Origin: a virus
Length of the DNA stretch: 64,000 bases
Reading direction: 5' to 3' (one strand)
Virus record (IMG/VR): IMGVR_UViG_3300028274_000008
Span: 2,618-66,617 of that record
Both the position numbers and the translations under genes were made by a program. Shown here one piece after another: positions 48,616-59,238 of the stretch. Position 1 is the first letter of the stretch, and each line of letters begins with the position of its first letter. Under the pieces are notes generated by a model. That model did no database searches, had not been told where the DNA came from, and saw only the letters and a program-made list of their open reading frames with translations.

Positions 48616-50772
48616 GTGAGAGATTTACAGACGTTAACTTTTCATCCAACTGCTGAAAAGATTGTAGACATACTCTGTAAGAAAACCCAGAATACCAATC
48701 CAATGTTCTTCAGAGTATTAATCAGTTATTATCTTGCAAAGATTACAGCTATGATGCGGGTTAAGATTGCTACTCAGGATAGAGGTGAAATACCTGTAAA
48801 TCTGTATGCAATTAATTTAGCGCCCAGTGGACAGGGTAAAGGCCATTCAACTAATATAATTGAAGAGCAGTTAATTGATAAGTTCAGATCAACATTCTTT
48901 GATGTAACTGAACCAATTGTATCAGCTGAAAACTTAGCCAAACTGGCAGTAGAACGGGCCTTTGTACATAATGAGGATCCAGATACTGTTGAAGTGAGAG
49001 TTAAATCAGAATTTGCTGCTTTAGGCGCCTTAGCCTTCTCATTTGATTCAGGCACTACTGCTGCTATCAAACAGATGCGGTATAAACTATTAATGGGTGG
49101 TATTGGTTCAATGAATCTGGAGATAGATGAGATTGGCAGCAATCTATTAGGTAATGCTGATGTACTCTCTTCTTTCCTGGAACTATTTGATGTTGGTAAA
49201 ATCAAACAGAAGCTAACCAAAAATACAAAAGAAAACCTTAGAGCAGAAGAGATTGATGGTAGGACGCCTACTAATCTTTTACTATTTGGTACACCCAGTA
49301 AATTATTAGATGGTGGCCGAACTGAAGCTGAATATGATTCTTTTCTGGAAACCGGTTATGCTCGTAGATGTATCTTTGGTTACACTAAAACAACCAAAAA
49401 AGACAAAACCTTAACACCTGAACAACGGTATAACTCTTTAACGGATGCTACAATAAGTGATTTTATATCAGATACCTCAATTGCTTTTGGGGAACTGGCT
49501 AACATAGCCAATTATAATAAAACATTATTGGTATCCAAAAAAGTAAGTATCCTAATTATTGAGTATACCATGTATTGTGAAGATTTAGCTGAAAAGATGG
49601 GTGAGCATGAAGAGACGGCTAAAGCAGAGATGGCTCATCGATACTTTAAAGCCCTTAAGTTAGCTGGCTGTTATGCATTCATTGGTAATGAAGTAGAAAT
49701 CACTGAAGATAATTTTTATCATGCAGTTCATATGATCGAAGAATCAGGTAAAGCTTTTAATCGTATGTTAACCCGGGACAGGGCTTATGTAAAATTAGCT
49801 AAGTATATTGCCAGTATCGGCCGAGAGGTTACCCATGGCGATCTGTTTGAAGACTTGCCATTCTATCGTGGTTCTAATCAAGTAAAACAAGAGATGATGC
49901 AATATGCTATTGATTGGGGTTATCGTAACCATATCGTAATTAAACATGTTACGAATAATGGTATTGAGTTCATTACAGGCGAGACCCTTAAAAGAGTTGA
50001 TTTAGGAGCTTTACGAATTGCTCATAGTGCAGACATCTCAGATAATTATGCAAATGATCCAGCACCATGGGACAAGATGCACATCTTAACTCAATTGCCT
50101 CATCATAATTGGATCAACCATTTTACCATGAATGGCCATCGAAGTAATGATACCCTTAAGCCAGGCTTTGATTTAATTGTTTTGGATATAGATGATAAAG
50201 GCGTTACTATTGAAGCAGCTTCAAAATTATTAGAAGACTACAAATTCTTCTTATATACTACAAAACGTCATACACCAGTTCATCATCGATTCAGAATAAT
50301 CTTACCAATGAATTACCGGTTAACACTGGACACAGATGATTACAGTGAGTTCATGTGTAATATATTTGAATGGTTACCATTTGATGTGGACATCCAGGCA
50401 AAAGACAGATGCCGTAAATGGCTAACCCATAAACACTTCTTTACTTACAATACTGGTATTAAATTAATTGATGCCAGATTATTCATTCCTCGAACCAGTA
50501 AGAATGATGAAAGAAAGAAAACAATTCAAACATACCAGTCTTTAAGTAATATACAGCGTTGGTTTGTACAGAATTCTACTATGGGTGGCCGTAACAACCA
50601 ATTAGTCCGTTATGCTTTAGTTTTAGTGGATATGGGCTATCCAGTAGATATAGTTGAAACCCAGGTTAAGAAACTTAATGCCGGGTTACCTGACAGTCTG
50701 CCGAATAAAGAAATTGATGATACTATTATGAGAACAGTATCTAAAGCAATTATTAAAAGAGAAAAACCATAA
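48616..50772 (+). CDS. DNA primase (N4 gp43-like)
   Basis: SGQGKG P-loop, IDEIG, AEP-type LDIDD and YTTKRH....RFR, C-terminal GRNNQL (PriCT-like). Confidence 0.85.
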   Translation: MRDLQTLTFHPTAEKIVDILCKKTQNTNPMFFRVLISYYLAKITAMMRVKIATQDRGEIPVNLYAINLAPSGQGKGHSTNIIEEQLIDKFRSTFFDVTEPIVSAENLAKLAVERAFVHNEDPDTVEVRVKSEFAALGALAFSFDSGTTAAIKQMRYKLLMGGIGSMNLEIDEIGSNLLGNADVLSSFLELFDVGKIKQKLTKNTKENLRAEEIDGRTPTNLLLFGTPSKLLDGGRTEAEYDSFLETGYARRCIFGYTKTTKKDKTLTPEQRYNSLTDATISDFISDTSIAFGELANIANYNKTLLVSKKVSILIIEYTMYCEDLAEKMGEHEETAKAEMAHRYFKALKLAGCYAFIGNEVEITEDNFYHAVHMIEESGKAFNRMLTRDRAYVKLAKYIASIGREVTHGDLFEDLPFYRGSNQVKQEMMQYAIDWGYRNHIVIKHVTNNGIEFITGETLKRVDLGALRIAHSADISDNYANDPAPWDKMHILTQLPHHNWINHFTMNGHRSNDTLKPGFDLIVLDIDDKGVTIEAASKLLEDYKFFLYTTKRHTPVHHRFRIILPMNYRLTLDTDDYSEFMCNIFEWLPFDVDIQAKDRCRKWLTHKHFFTYNTGIKLIDARLFIPRTSKNDERKKTIQTYQSLSNIQRWFVQNSTMGGRNNQLVRYALVLVDMGYPVDIVETQVKKLNAGLPDSLPNKEIDDTIMRTVSKAIIKREKP

Positions 50773-50791
50773 ACTATAAAGGAGGTTAAGT

Positions 50792-52451
50792 GTGGTCGAT
50801 CAAAATGATAATCTTGTATTAATTGTTGGTTCAAGTGGTGGTGGTAAATCAGCATCATTACGGGATATTAAAGATCCCCAAAATGTATATTACTTCAATT
50901 GTGAAGCTAAATAATTGGCTTCGTTAAACCCATTGAATTGCTGGAAACCCCAAACAAATAATGTTGTGGGCAATCAGCAGCGAAGACTTAACGTGTCTTG
51001 ACAGAGCAGTTTAAATATGGTACTTTGAACAACTTCTCAATTAAATAAAGGAGAAATTGTATGAAAGAATACATAGAAGAAACTGAAACTGGAATTTACA
51101 GAATAACCGAAAGAGGTAAGATCTTTTCCCAAAGTAAGCTTAAAATACCTATTGTGGGAAAAGGTATGCAACATACAGGAAAATTCCACATGATAACAAA
51201 ACCTGAAAGGGAACTAACATATACTCTCAATAATAGAGGGTATTTATCAGTAGGAATTATGAAAAAAACTTTTATGGTGCATAGATTAATCGCTAAAGTA
51301 TTTGTAATTAATCCGTGTAATAAGCCTCAAGTGAACCATATTGATGGTAACAAACTAAATAATTGCGCTTTAAACTTGGAATGGTGTACAGCCCAAGAAA
51401 ATATCCAACATGCTTATAGAATTGGTATAAATAAAGGATGTCTTGGGCTAAAACGCATATATAGTAGTGCCCAAATTAAAGCTAAATGTCTTGCAAATTT
51501 AAAGAATAAATCTAAACTGACTCCTGATGAAGTCAAATATGTTAGAAAAGTATATATTGCAAGAGATAAAAATTTTAGTTGTACTGCATTAGCTACACAA
51601 TTTAATGTTAGTATCGCCGCCATGAGTAAAATTGTAAAAAGACAGTCCTATCAACACATTAAGTAACGTTCAACGACTATCGAAAGCATCTTATATAAGA
51701 TAAGCAAGTAGAGTACACCCAAGTGGGTGGAAGCGGTGGGACGTAGAAATACGTATGATATAGTCTACTCTCATATGAAAGTATGAGCAGAGTTAAAAGC
51801 TCGATATTAGCGTAACGAACTAATATGAATATAAGGAATAAAAAATTACCATTTCCAGCTAAATTTCAACAGTTTAATATTACCAATCCTTACCAGGTTC
51901 ATGAGGGATTAGTACATGCTGAATCCAAACCTGATATTCATACTATTGTAATTGATAGTTTAACCTTTTTAATGGATATGTGTGAGTTACAGTTTATTCT
52001 GGATGACCGGATAACTGATACAATGAAAGGATGGGCCGAATACCAAAAATTCTTTAAAAAACTTATGCAGGAACATGTTGCAAAGTCTACAAAGAATATC
52101 ATATTCACAGCCCATGTTCAGTCAATCCTTAATGAGACAGATATGGTTCTTGAGAAAAAGGTACCTATTAAGGGTGCTTTAAAAGCAAATGGTGTTGAGG
52201 CTTATTTCAGTACTATTGTGAGCGCACGAACCATAACGGTAAATAAACTGACAAACTTTAAGAATCCACTACTTACTGTTACACCTGAAGAAGAAACTTT
52301 AGGATTTAAGTATGTATACCAAACCCAATTAACCAAAGAAACAGTCAATGAAAGGATCCGTGCCAGTATGGGTATGTGGACCCAACAAGAAACTTTCATT
52401 GATAACAATGCACAATTTTTAATGGATCGATTACATAAATACTATGTGTAA
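50792..52451 (+). CDS. AAA/Sak4-like ATPase (N4 gp44-like), spliced: exons 50792-50908 and 51837-52451, 243 aa
   Basis: Exon 1 (missing from ORF track) MVDQNDNLVLIVGSSGGGKSASLR...NCEA after a GGAGG RBS; exon 2 NKKLPF...IVIDSLT...IFTAH. Confidence 0.85.
50909..51836 (+). mobile_element. Group I intron carrying a homing endonuclease
   Basis: P1 GAAGCU/GGCUUC with U.G at the splice site; terminal G; core elements AATTGCTGGAAA, AATCAGCAG, TTCAACGACTAT and GATATAGTCTA. Confidence 0.9.
51061..51666 (+). CDS. Intron-encoded HNH homing endonuclease with C-terminal HTH
   Basis: HRLIA..F..NP.NKPQVNHIDGNKLNN...NLEWCT..EN..HA; SKLT...V...R....LA..F.VS. Confidence 0.9.
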   Translation: MKEYIEETETGIYRITERGKIFSQSKLKIPIVGKGMQHTGKFHMITKPERELTYTLNNRGYLSVGIMKKTFMVHRLIAKVFVINPCNKPQVNHIDGNKLNNCALNLEWCTAQENIQHAYRIGINKGCLGLKRIYSSAQIKAKCLANLKNKSKLTPDEVKYVRKVYIARDKNFSCTALATQFNVSIAAMSKIVKRQSYQHIK

Positions 52452-52483
52452 TTGATTTTAATTTTTAACAAGGAGAATACCGT

Positions 52484-53236
52484 ATGAGTTTACTTGATCA
52501 ACTAACAACTGATGACAAAGACATCCAGCAAGAAACTGATTCCGTTGGAACCAGTTTTTCACCCTTAGAGAGTGGTCTATATCTGCTGAAGGTTATATTT
52601 GCTTATATCACCATCTCAGCAGGTGAAGCCATGGCCCTAAACATTCTGTTTGAGACCCCAACTAAACAGAGAATCAGACAGCAGTTCTGGATGACTTCCG
52701 GCAAGGACAAAGGTAAGAAGAATTTCTATATCAACAAGAAGACTAAAGAAAAACACTACTTACCTGGTTTTAACCAAGCTAATGGTATTGCCCTGCTGAC
52801 TTGCAACAAAGGCATTAACCAGATGGTAACTGAAACCAAAACCATTAATCTCTATGATTATGATCAGAAAAAAGAAGTACCAAAAGACGTTGACATGATT
52901 GTAGAGCTGATTGACAAAGAAATTACTGCCGGTGTCATTAAACAGATTGTTGATAAAAATGTTCAAAATGATACTGGAGCATATGTACCTTCCGGTGAGA
53001 CCCGAGTTGAAAATGAAGTAGATAAGCTTTTCCATACTGATGGCCGTACCATTACTGAAATCCGGGCTAAAAAACCAGCTACTTTTAAAGATACCTGGCT
53101 TGAACGTTGGGAAGGAAAAGTTAAAGACAAATCTGCAGCTAAAGCAGGAGTAGTTAGTGGGGCCCCTAAAGCCAATAAAGTCCAGACTGCTACTGGTGGA
53201 ACCACTGCTAAAGCAGATTCACTCTTCCAGGATTAG
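52484..53236 (+). CDS. Single-stranded DNA-binding protein (N4 gp45-like)
   Basis: LESGLY, YLPGF and RVENEVDK.F motifs, C-terminal SLF; synteny after gp43/gp44. Confidence 0.8.
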   Translation: MSLLDQLTTDDKDIQQETDSVGTSFSPLESGLYLLKVIFAYITISAGEAMALNILFETPTKQRIRQQFWMTSGKDKGKKNFYINKKTKEKHYLPGFNQANGIALLTCNKGINQMVTETKTINLYDYDQKKEVPKDVDMIVELIDKEITAGVIKQIVDKNVQNDTGAYVPSGETRVENEVDKLFHTDGRTITEIRAKKPATFKDTWLERWEGKVKDKSAAKAGVVSGAPKANKVQTATGGTTAKADSLFQD

Positions 53237-53309
53237 TTTTTAAATTACCAAAGGTCCTATTAAACAGTAGGGCCTTTATCATTAATTCATATTATAAGGA
53301 GATTAAAAT

Positions 53310-53684
53310 ATGGAAATCAGTATTAACGAGGACAAGATCCTTAAAACCATTAAAAAGCATGGTGGTGCTATCATTGAAGCTGGGATTATTCAGGCCATTA
53401 AAGACTATGCTGGCAATGTAGTCAGTGACAGTCTTATTGAAGGACCGACTACTGTTGGTGGTGCAATTGCTGAACATGTAGGACCTGAAGTTAAACCAAT
53501 GCCAGCCAAGCCTAAACGTAAAAGACGTTCTCAGGCTGAAATGAAAGCAGATGCTGCAGCTAAACAAAAAGCTGAAGAAGAAGATAAAGCTAAAGAACCA
53601 AACAGTGATCCAGTGGTTGAAGGAACCCCAGTGCCTCAGACATCTACGGTCAGATCAGGCGTTGATTCGTTGTTTAATACTTAA
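53310..53684 (+). CDS. Hypothetical protein
   Basis: 124 aa with KPKRKRRS basic patch and DSLF C-terminus resembling the SSB tail. Confidence 0.55.
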   Translation: MEISINEDKILKTIKKHGGAIIEAGIIQAIKDYAGNVVSDSLIEGPTTVGGAIAEHVGPEVKPMPAKPKRKRRSQAEMKADAAAKQKAEEEDKAKEPNSDPVVEGTPVPQTSTVRSGVDSLFNT

Positions 53685-54104
53685 TCATGTGGAAACTCTG
53701 GGATGATGTTAAAATCATTGGGAGTTTGATATTAATTGCTTTTTTTGGTTTCTTATTCTTATTAAGTGTTCCATTTATAATTATATTTGGTATTAGTCTT
53801 GCTTTAGGTTTTATTGGCTGGATCCTATTTACTGATAAACCACTCCCATAACAATTAATTAACTAATCAAATGATCCCCTTGAAATATAGGGGATCTATT
53901 TAAAAAAGGAGTACCAATGGCTAAAATTCAAAGAGAACCTATCCCATTTATTCCATATATTTTAACTATTGAGTCACAAAAAGAACATGATTTCTTAGAA
54001 GGTTTATTTTATGCCAGGGAAGGAGAAGCAAAAGAAAGATGTCGAAATTTTGATCCTACTCTTGATAAAGAATTCCATGCACTTATTAAATCAATGGAGA
54101 AATA

Positions 54105-55403
54105 ATGGAAACTATTACTTATTTAATTCAAAAGAATACCAATGGTAAAATTAAATTTATCCAATTTGCTCTTAATGGTGCAACATTAACCCGGGAATGG
54201 GGTTTAATTGGTGGTGTATGTCAAGGTACTGTTAACACCTATGAAGCAATTAATGTTGGCAAAGCTAATGAGCAATCACCTGAAGAAGCTGCAGAGGCTA
54301 AATACAAATATATCTGGAATAAAAAAATTAAAGAAGGCTATGTACCCACCCCATCTTTAGATGCTATCCCAGCACTACCTGATTTCTTATCTAAACTTGA
54401 CCTGGATAATATTCCTAAATCTTTCTGTCTTTCCAAACCAACTGCAAAGATATCTGATGCAGCAATGGGTACCCTATTGGCTTCAGGCCATGCCAGAATA
54501 TTTGTAAAGTATAACGGCGGATGTCATTATGTTGTTATTGGTTCAAAAGGCAATGTTGAGATATACACCAGGCGCTGGGATAACCATACAGCTAAGTATC
54601 CTAAAATAGTACAAACAATTTTAGATGAAAAATATCCTCCTAACTCTTTATTTGCAGTTGAATTATGTATTGATCCATTATTGAATCTACCTCACATGAC
54701 ATGTCTTAAGAATGCAAGTAAGGTAGCCAAAACGAATAATAGCGGGGGAACTCTTAAAGCAGACTTGACCAAGAGCCATGCACTGCAAGAGGACCCGCTA
54801 TATTCTATTAAAGCTGCAGTGTTTGGAATCCTTTATTATAATGGTGCTCAACTTTGGAACCAACCATATGAAATTATGTTAAAATTAATTGAAAAGATTG
54901 TTCCACTACTCAGTACTCAGCAATTAATATTTCAACCACAAAATATTGGTCTGAATACAGTTAAAGCTGTTATTGATGCAGCTACTGCTAATCAAAAATT
55001 AATTGAAGGTTTTGTTATCTGGGATACTACTAAAGCCATGGAAGTTACCATGAATGGTAAACCGGTTAGAAGAGCTGCATACAAAATCAAAATTAAAAAT
55101 GAAAAGGATGTGATAGCTTATGGTTGGGAAAACGCTAATAACAAACCTGCTGGTATTATTGGGGCCCTTAAAATTTGTCAATATGACGCCAAAGGTAATA
55201 TGGTTGATCTTGGTACTGTTGGAGGTCTCAAACCAAAAGAAGGAGAGACCGACCCAGCTAACTGGAGCTTCCCCTGTGTCATCGAAGTTGGCTATGATAA
55301 TCGGTTCCCTGAAACAGGCAGATTCCAATTTGGGCATTTTAACAAAGTACATGAAGACAAAGTTCCGGAAGAAGTAGAAATCTTTGACTTAAAAGAACTG
55401 TAA
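54105..55403 (+). CDS. ATP-dependent DNA ligase with WGR-like N-terminal domain
   Basis: Motif I KYNG, IYTR, motif IV EGFVI, K.K, OB-fold GAL...G.VGG; divergent. Confidence 0.75.
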   Translation: METITYLIQKNTNGKIKFIQFALNGATLTREWGLIGGVCQGTVNTYEAINVGKANEQSPEEAAEAKYKYIWNKKIKEGYVPTPSLDAIPALPDFLSKLDLDNIPKSFCLSKPTAKISDAAMGTLLASGHARIFVKYNGGCHYVVIGSKGNVEIYTRRWDNHTAKYPKIVQTILDEKYPPNSLFAVELCIDPLLNLPHMTCLKNASKVAKTNNSGGTLKADLTKSHALQEDPLYSIKAAVFGILYYNGAQLWNQPYEIMLKLIEKIVPLLSTQQLIFQPQNIGLNTVKAVIDAATANQKLIEGFVIWDTTKAMEVTMNGKPVRRAAYKIKIKNEKDVIAYGWENANNKPAGIIGALKICQYDAKGNMVDLGTVGGLKPKEGETDPANWSFPCVIEVGYDNRFPETGRFQFGHFNKVHEDKVPEEVEIFDLKEL

Positions 55404-56074
55404 TGAATAAAAATGGTCCTATAAGTGCAACTGCTTTGAATGCTGGAGTAACTTCAAGAAATGCTATTACAATAGCTACAGCTGTAGCAAGTAGTGATGC
55501 AGTTCTTGACTTACAGGAACGGGTAGCTAAACTTGAACAGGCACTCACTGCTAAAATTAGTGAATTGGTTCAAAATGATCCAGACTTTAAAATGATTAAA
55601 TTACTGTTTCAAAAAGGAGAGCTATGAAATCAGAAGATTTTATAAAAATAGTTAATACACACAGAAGAAAGAATAAGAACACTTGGTATTCTTTTAATGA
55701 AATTGTGGAAAATAAAAAGGTTAAATTATCAGGTTATAATACTTGGTTGCGTACTTATTTAGTTGATGGTACGGTCTATTCAGGTCTTCATGGTTTGTCA
55801 GTGAAAGAATTTAAAGAAGAATTATCCCAACCTTTTAGGTAAGGAATTGTAATGACTGATCTTAATGAAATCTGTACTTATATACATATGTCTTTAACAG
55901 AATTAGGTGCACACGTACAAGCATTAGTGGTGGCATTAGAGGAGCAACAAAATAAAAATAAAGCTGAAATGAATGTCTTACGTGCAGATCTTAAACTTCA
56001 GATCCAAGAAACTATAAGAAATGACCCAGAATTTAAAATGGTTAAATTATTACTAAATAAGGAGACCTATAAAA

Positions 56075-56551
56075 ATGAACCAAAAAGAAAAAGATCCTAA
56101 TAACATTGATCAACATGATCCAGGTGCTAAACTAGACCAAGGTAAATTATTGGCTGGAATACTTCAACAATTTTCATTAGCCCTTACTGCAGTTCTGGAG
56201 GTAGCCACCTTTGGTGCAAATAAGTACAGCAGAGGGGGCTGGAAACACGTCAAGAATGGCCAAGAAAGATATTCTGATGCTATGATACGCCATTACCTCA
56301 AAGAGGCCTTAGAACCGCTTGATCTGGATTCAGGGTTACTGCATGAAGCCCACCTTGCATGGAATGCTTTGGCTCGACTTGAACTTAAACTTCAAGAGAT
56401 AGGCCAAGAGGCTACTTTATTTGAATCTTCTTGTGCCTTTAGTCACAAATGTGCTCTTATAAGTATGGACTGCTATTCTGGTGGTAAACGTTGTTTTACA
56501 ACTAAAGCAGAAGCTGATATTAGAGCAGAGCAGGTAACTAATGAAAAGTAG
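56075..56551 (+). CDS. dATP/dGTP diphosphohydrolase domain protein (DUF5664)
   Basis: GAK.D.GK, V.TFGA.KY....W, RY.DA..RH and DSGL.H.AH.AWNALA motifs. Confidence 0.85.
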   Translation: MNQKEKDPNNIDQHDPGAKLDQGKLLAGILQQFSLALTAVLEVATFGANKYSRGGWKHVKNGQERYSDAMIRHYLKEALEPLDLDSGLLHEAHLAWNALARLELKLQEIGQEATLFESSCAFSHKCALISMDCYSGGKRCFTTKAEADIRAEQVTNEK

Positions 56552-57017
56552 CAAAGAATGGGAACGGGTCCAACGGATGCGAAGAGAGCATGATCCATTA
56601 GTTAAAGGTGGTCATTACCATGAAGTACCAGACTTTGGTGCTTACGATGGTACTGGTAAAGGGATGCCAAATCATAATAAAAAGAAAGCCCTTAAACCAA
56701 AGAAATCATATTACAAGAAAAAGAAATGAATAAATTATTTATTATATTTTTGGTTCTATTACTTTCAGCCTGTAATCAGGTTAAAACAACTGAACTAGAA
56801 GAAAAGAAATATTGGCATGAGTTGAGGAAGAAATATGTTCCTTTAAGATCTTCAGCAATCATAAAACATATTAAACGACATCCAGGATTAAAGGAAAAGA
56901 GATGAAGATCTTTATTGAGAATTTAATTACACTTTGTTTTGTAATTTTCCTTAATGTAATGCTTTTCTGTTATGGTAGAAAGAATGTTAATAAAATATTT
57001 TTAGAGGAAAAATACAG

Positions 57018-57413
57018 ATGAGATCACCAACTGGTTCAAATGAAATAAGAATGGATTCAATGGGTAGTGGTGTATATGGTGCTCCCAGAGGCCACAGAAA
57101 GCATCGAGGTACTGATTATATCGTTATTCCGGGCGCAGCAGTAGTAGCACCTATCTCAGGTGAAATAACCCGTATAGCGATACCTTACGTGGGACAGGAG
57201 TATAGTGGCCTGGTTATTACCAGTAAAGCCATGACAGTTAAATTATTTTACTTTAAACCACTATCAGAAATTGTTGGGAATACTATACGAGAAGGAATGG
57301 TTATTGGATTTGCTCAGGATGTTTCAAAGATGTATGGAGAAGACATGCTCCCCCATATACACCTTCAAATAGATAGAATCAGTCAGAACCCTGCAGATTG
57401 GATAAATCTTTAG
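57018..57413 (+). CDS. M23-family (LECT2-like) metallopeptidase, candidate endolysin
   Basis: H.G.D (HRGTD), V.AP.SG, G..IG and HIH motifs. Confidence 0.8.
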   Translation: MRSPTGSNEIRMDSMGSGVYGAPRGHRKHRGTDYIVIPGAAVVAPISGEITRIAIPYVGQEYSGLVITSKAMTVKLFYFKPLSEIVGNTIREGMVIGFAQDVSKMYGEDMLPHIHLQIDRISQNPADWINL

Positions 57414-57807
57414 AATGCTTGTGTTGCCCAGCCAAAGCAATAAATGCTTTGGCATTCCTTTCAATATGTTTTGCGTTATTTGCTATTAGTACAGCATTAC
57501 TAGTGGTAAAAACTCTATTAATTCCCATTGCACCAAACAGAATAACAAATAAACCAACGGCAATACCAATAATTTTAAATGAACTTTGTTTACTGGTTTT
57601 GTCGTCAATCTTGGTATACACACCACCGATTCTTTCGTCACATTTGTCTTCACTTCTTTTCATAAAATCTTTTAAATCTTTTTGAGTTACTGTATGGGCT
57701 AAACATACCGCAGTCATTTTAGTAGATAGTTCAATGAGAATATCATGATCTGATGCTTTTGTCAGATGATCAGTATAACGTCTTTTAAGTAATTGAGGGG
57801 TACTCAT
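57379..57807 (-). CDS. Membrane-anchored coiled-coil protein, possible lysis protein
   Basis: One TM segment IIGIAVGLFVILFGAMGI; next to the M23 peptidase. Confidence 0.45.
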   Translation of the reverse strand: MSTPQLLKRRYTDHLTKASDHDILIELSTKMTAVCLAHTVTQKDLKDFMKRSEDKCDERIGGVYTKIDDKTSKQSSFKIIGIAVGLFVILFGAMGINRVFTTSNAVLIANNAKHIERNAKAFIALAGQHKHSKDLSNLQGSD

Positions 57808-58046
57808 AATCAGCTCCGGTGTGCGTTAAATTATTCTACCCAACCTTCAAAACTATAAGCGATACCTGCACCAGTTGCAGTACCAATTGCTCTTACATCA
57901 ATATCAGCTGCAGCAATAATAGGTACATGCCTGGAAACGTTAAGTGTTGTTTTTACTGTAGTAGTAATCGTCCCCCAAACAAGTGAGGGTACCAGACCAA
58001 GTAATAAGATAAAAATTGAAAGTGCACGTTTCATACTGTTTTCCTT

Positions 58047-58391
58047 TTATGTAGTTAAAACTGCATCATCTTTTACAATAAGAGTAAATTGTGACCAGAG
58101 TAAGCCACCAACATTATCAGCAGCATCATAAACAATAAACTCTACTAAATCTCCTTTCTTTCTGGAAGCAGCTAAACCAAGAGAATACGGTTTAATTGTT
58201 ACTTGGCCATTAGGAGCGTCATCAACAAAAGCAAGAGGATACGTATCTGAATCATAATAAGTATCCTGATACTTAATCTCGTATTTAGTTATATTATTCA
58301 TATCTAATTCAGGTAGAGTAACCCCATTTTTAACCAAAGTAATCAAAATAGGGTTACTACGATCTTCATATATTATTGCTTTAGCAACCAT
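58047..58391 (-). CDS. Hypothetical virion-associated protein
   Basis: 114 aa, beta-rich, GGAG RBS, in the structural operon. Confidence 0.5.
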   Translation of the reverse strand: MVAKAIIYEDRSNPILITLVKNGVTLPELDMNNITKYEIKYQDTYYDSDTYPLAFVDDAPNGQVTIKPYSLGLAASRKKGDLVEFIVYDAADNVGGLLWSQFTLIVKDDAVLTT

Positions 58392-58401
58392 AATTTACTC
58401 C

Positions 58402-59226
58402 TTAATCAAGATCTACATCAAAGGCGCCGGCTACCAGTTGAACTGTATCACCAGTGGTTGGAGTCTGATCAATTATGTTGGTATTATCAAATGCCAGCAG
58501 ATCACCACCAACACCTGACAGATCATCAATAATAAAGAGAGAGGTTACCAAGCCCCATGAACCAGAAGGAATATTAAACACTATTCCTGTATTGTTTTGG
58601 GTTACTCCCTGTAAAGCTGCATCGATACTTGAAGCAGGTACAGGTTCCCGGGCATAATTATTACCAGAGCATTCAGTAACATCCCCAATACCATCTGAAT
58701 CAGAAATAGTAGCAGTAGCCAAACCAAAATGAATAGTTGCATTAGGAGAAGGCCAGGGTTGGTTCCTAAACATTAAATCTAACATTTGATGTACTGCTAC
58801 ATCAGTAAAGCCATTGGTAGAGGCACCAATTGATATCTCTATTTCAGCTGCAGGAATCTTTGGGGTGTTACCATTCACAACATTCCAAGAGCTGTTAAAT
58901 GCACCAAAAGCAAGCATATTTCCAGCAGAAGCGGCATCACAGATAGCATAATGAGTAATAACACTACCAGAAGCTCCACCAGCTTGAGCAAATTCAATAT
59001 CCAATGCCTGAACAATCTTTCTTAAAGCAGCTGCATTGAAAGAAGTTACGGTAAAAGATTTTCTTACATAATTAGTGTAATCAGTTTCCACAATAGTTGA
59101 ACCGGTACTCGCAGCAGTTGGTGCTGCAGTGCACAATGCAAGATATAAAGTTGCAGCTGGAGTGTATGCTGCCTTAAAAATGTGGTCTACAAGCTCAGTT
59201 GTAGCAAAATCGGATAAAGTTCCCAT
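58402..59226 (-). CDS. Tail-associated protein made of two tandem homologous domains
   Basis: Two copies of (L.D..F....P....Y/H..L.T......E....NY.R.......I.F......G.I/V....I.D....G..LAF). Confidence 0.65.
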   Translation of the reverse strand: MGTLSDFATTELVDHIFKAAYTPAATLYLALCTAAPTAASTGSTIVETDYTNYVRKSFTVTSFNAAALRKIVQALDIEFAQAGGASGSVITHYAICDAASAGNMLAFGAFNSSWNVVNGNTPKIPAAEIEISIGASTNGFTDVAVHQMLDLMFRNQPWPSPNATIHFGLATATISDSDGIGDVTECSGNNYAREPVPASSIDAALQGVTQNNTGIVFNIPSGSWGLVTSLFIIDDLSGVGGDLLAFDNTNIIDQTPTTGDTVQLVAGAFDVDLD

Positions 59227-59238
59227 AATCTCTCCTGT

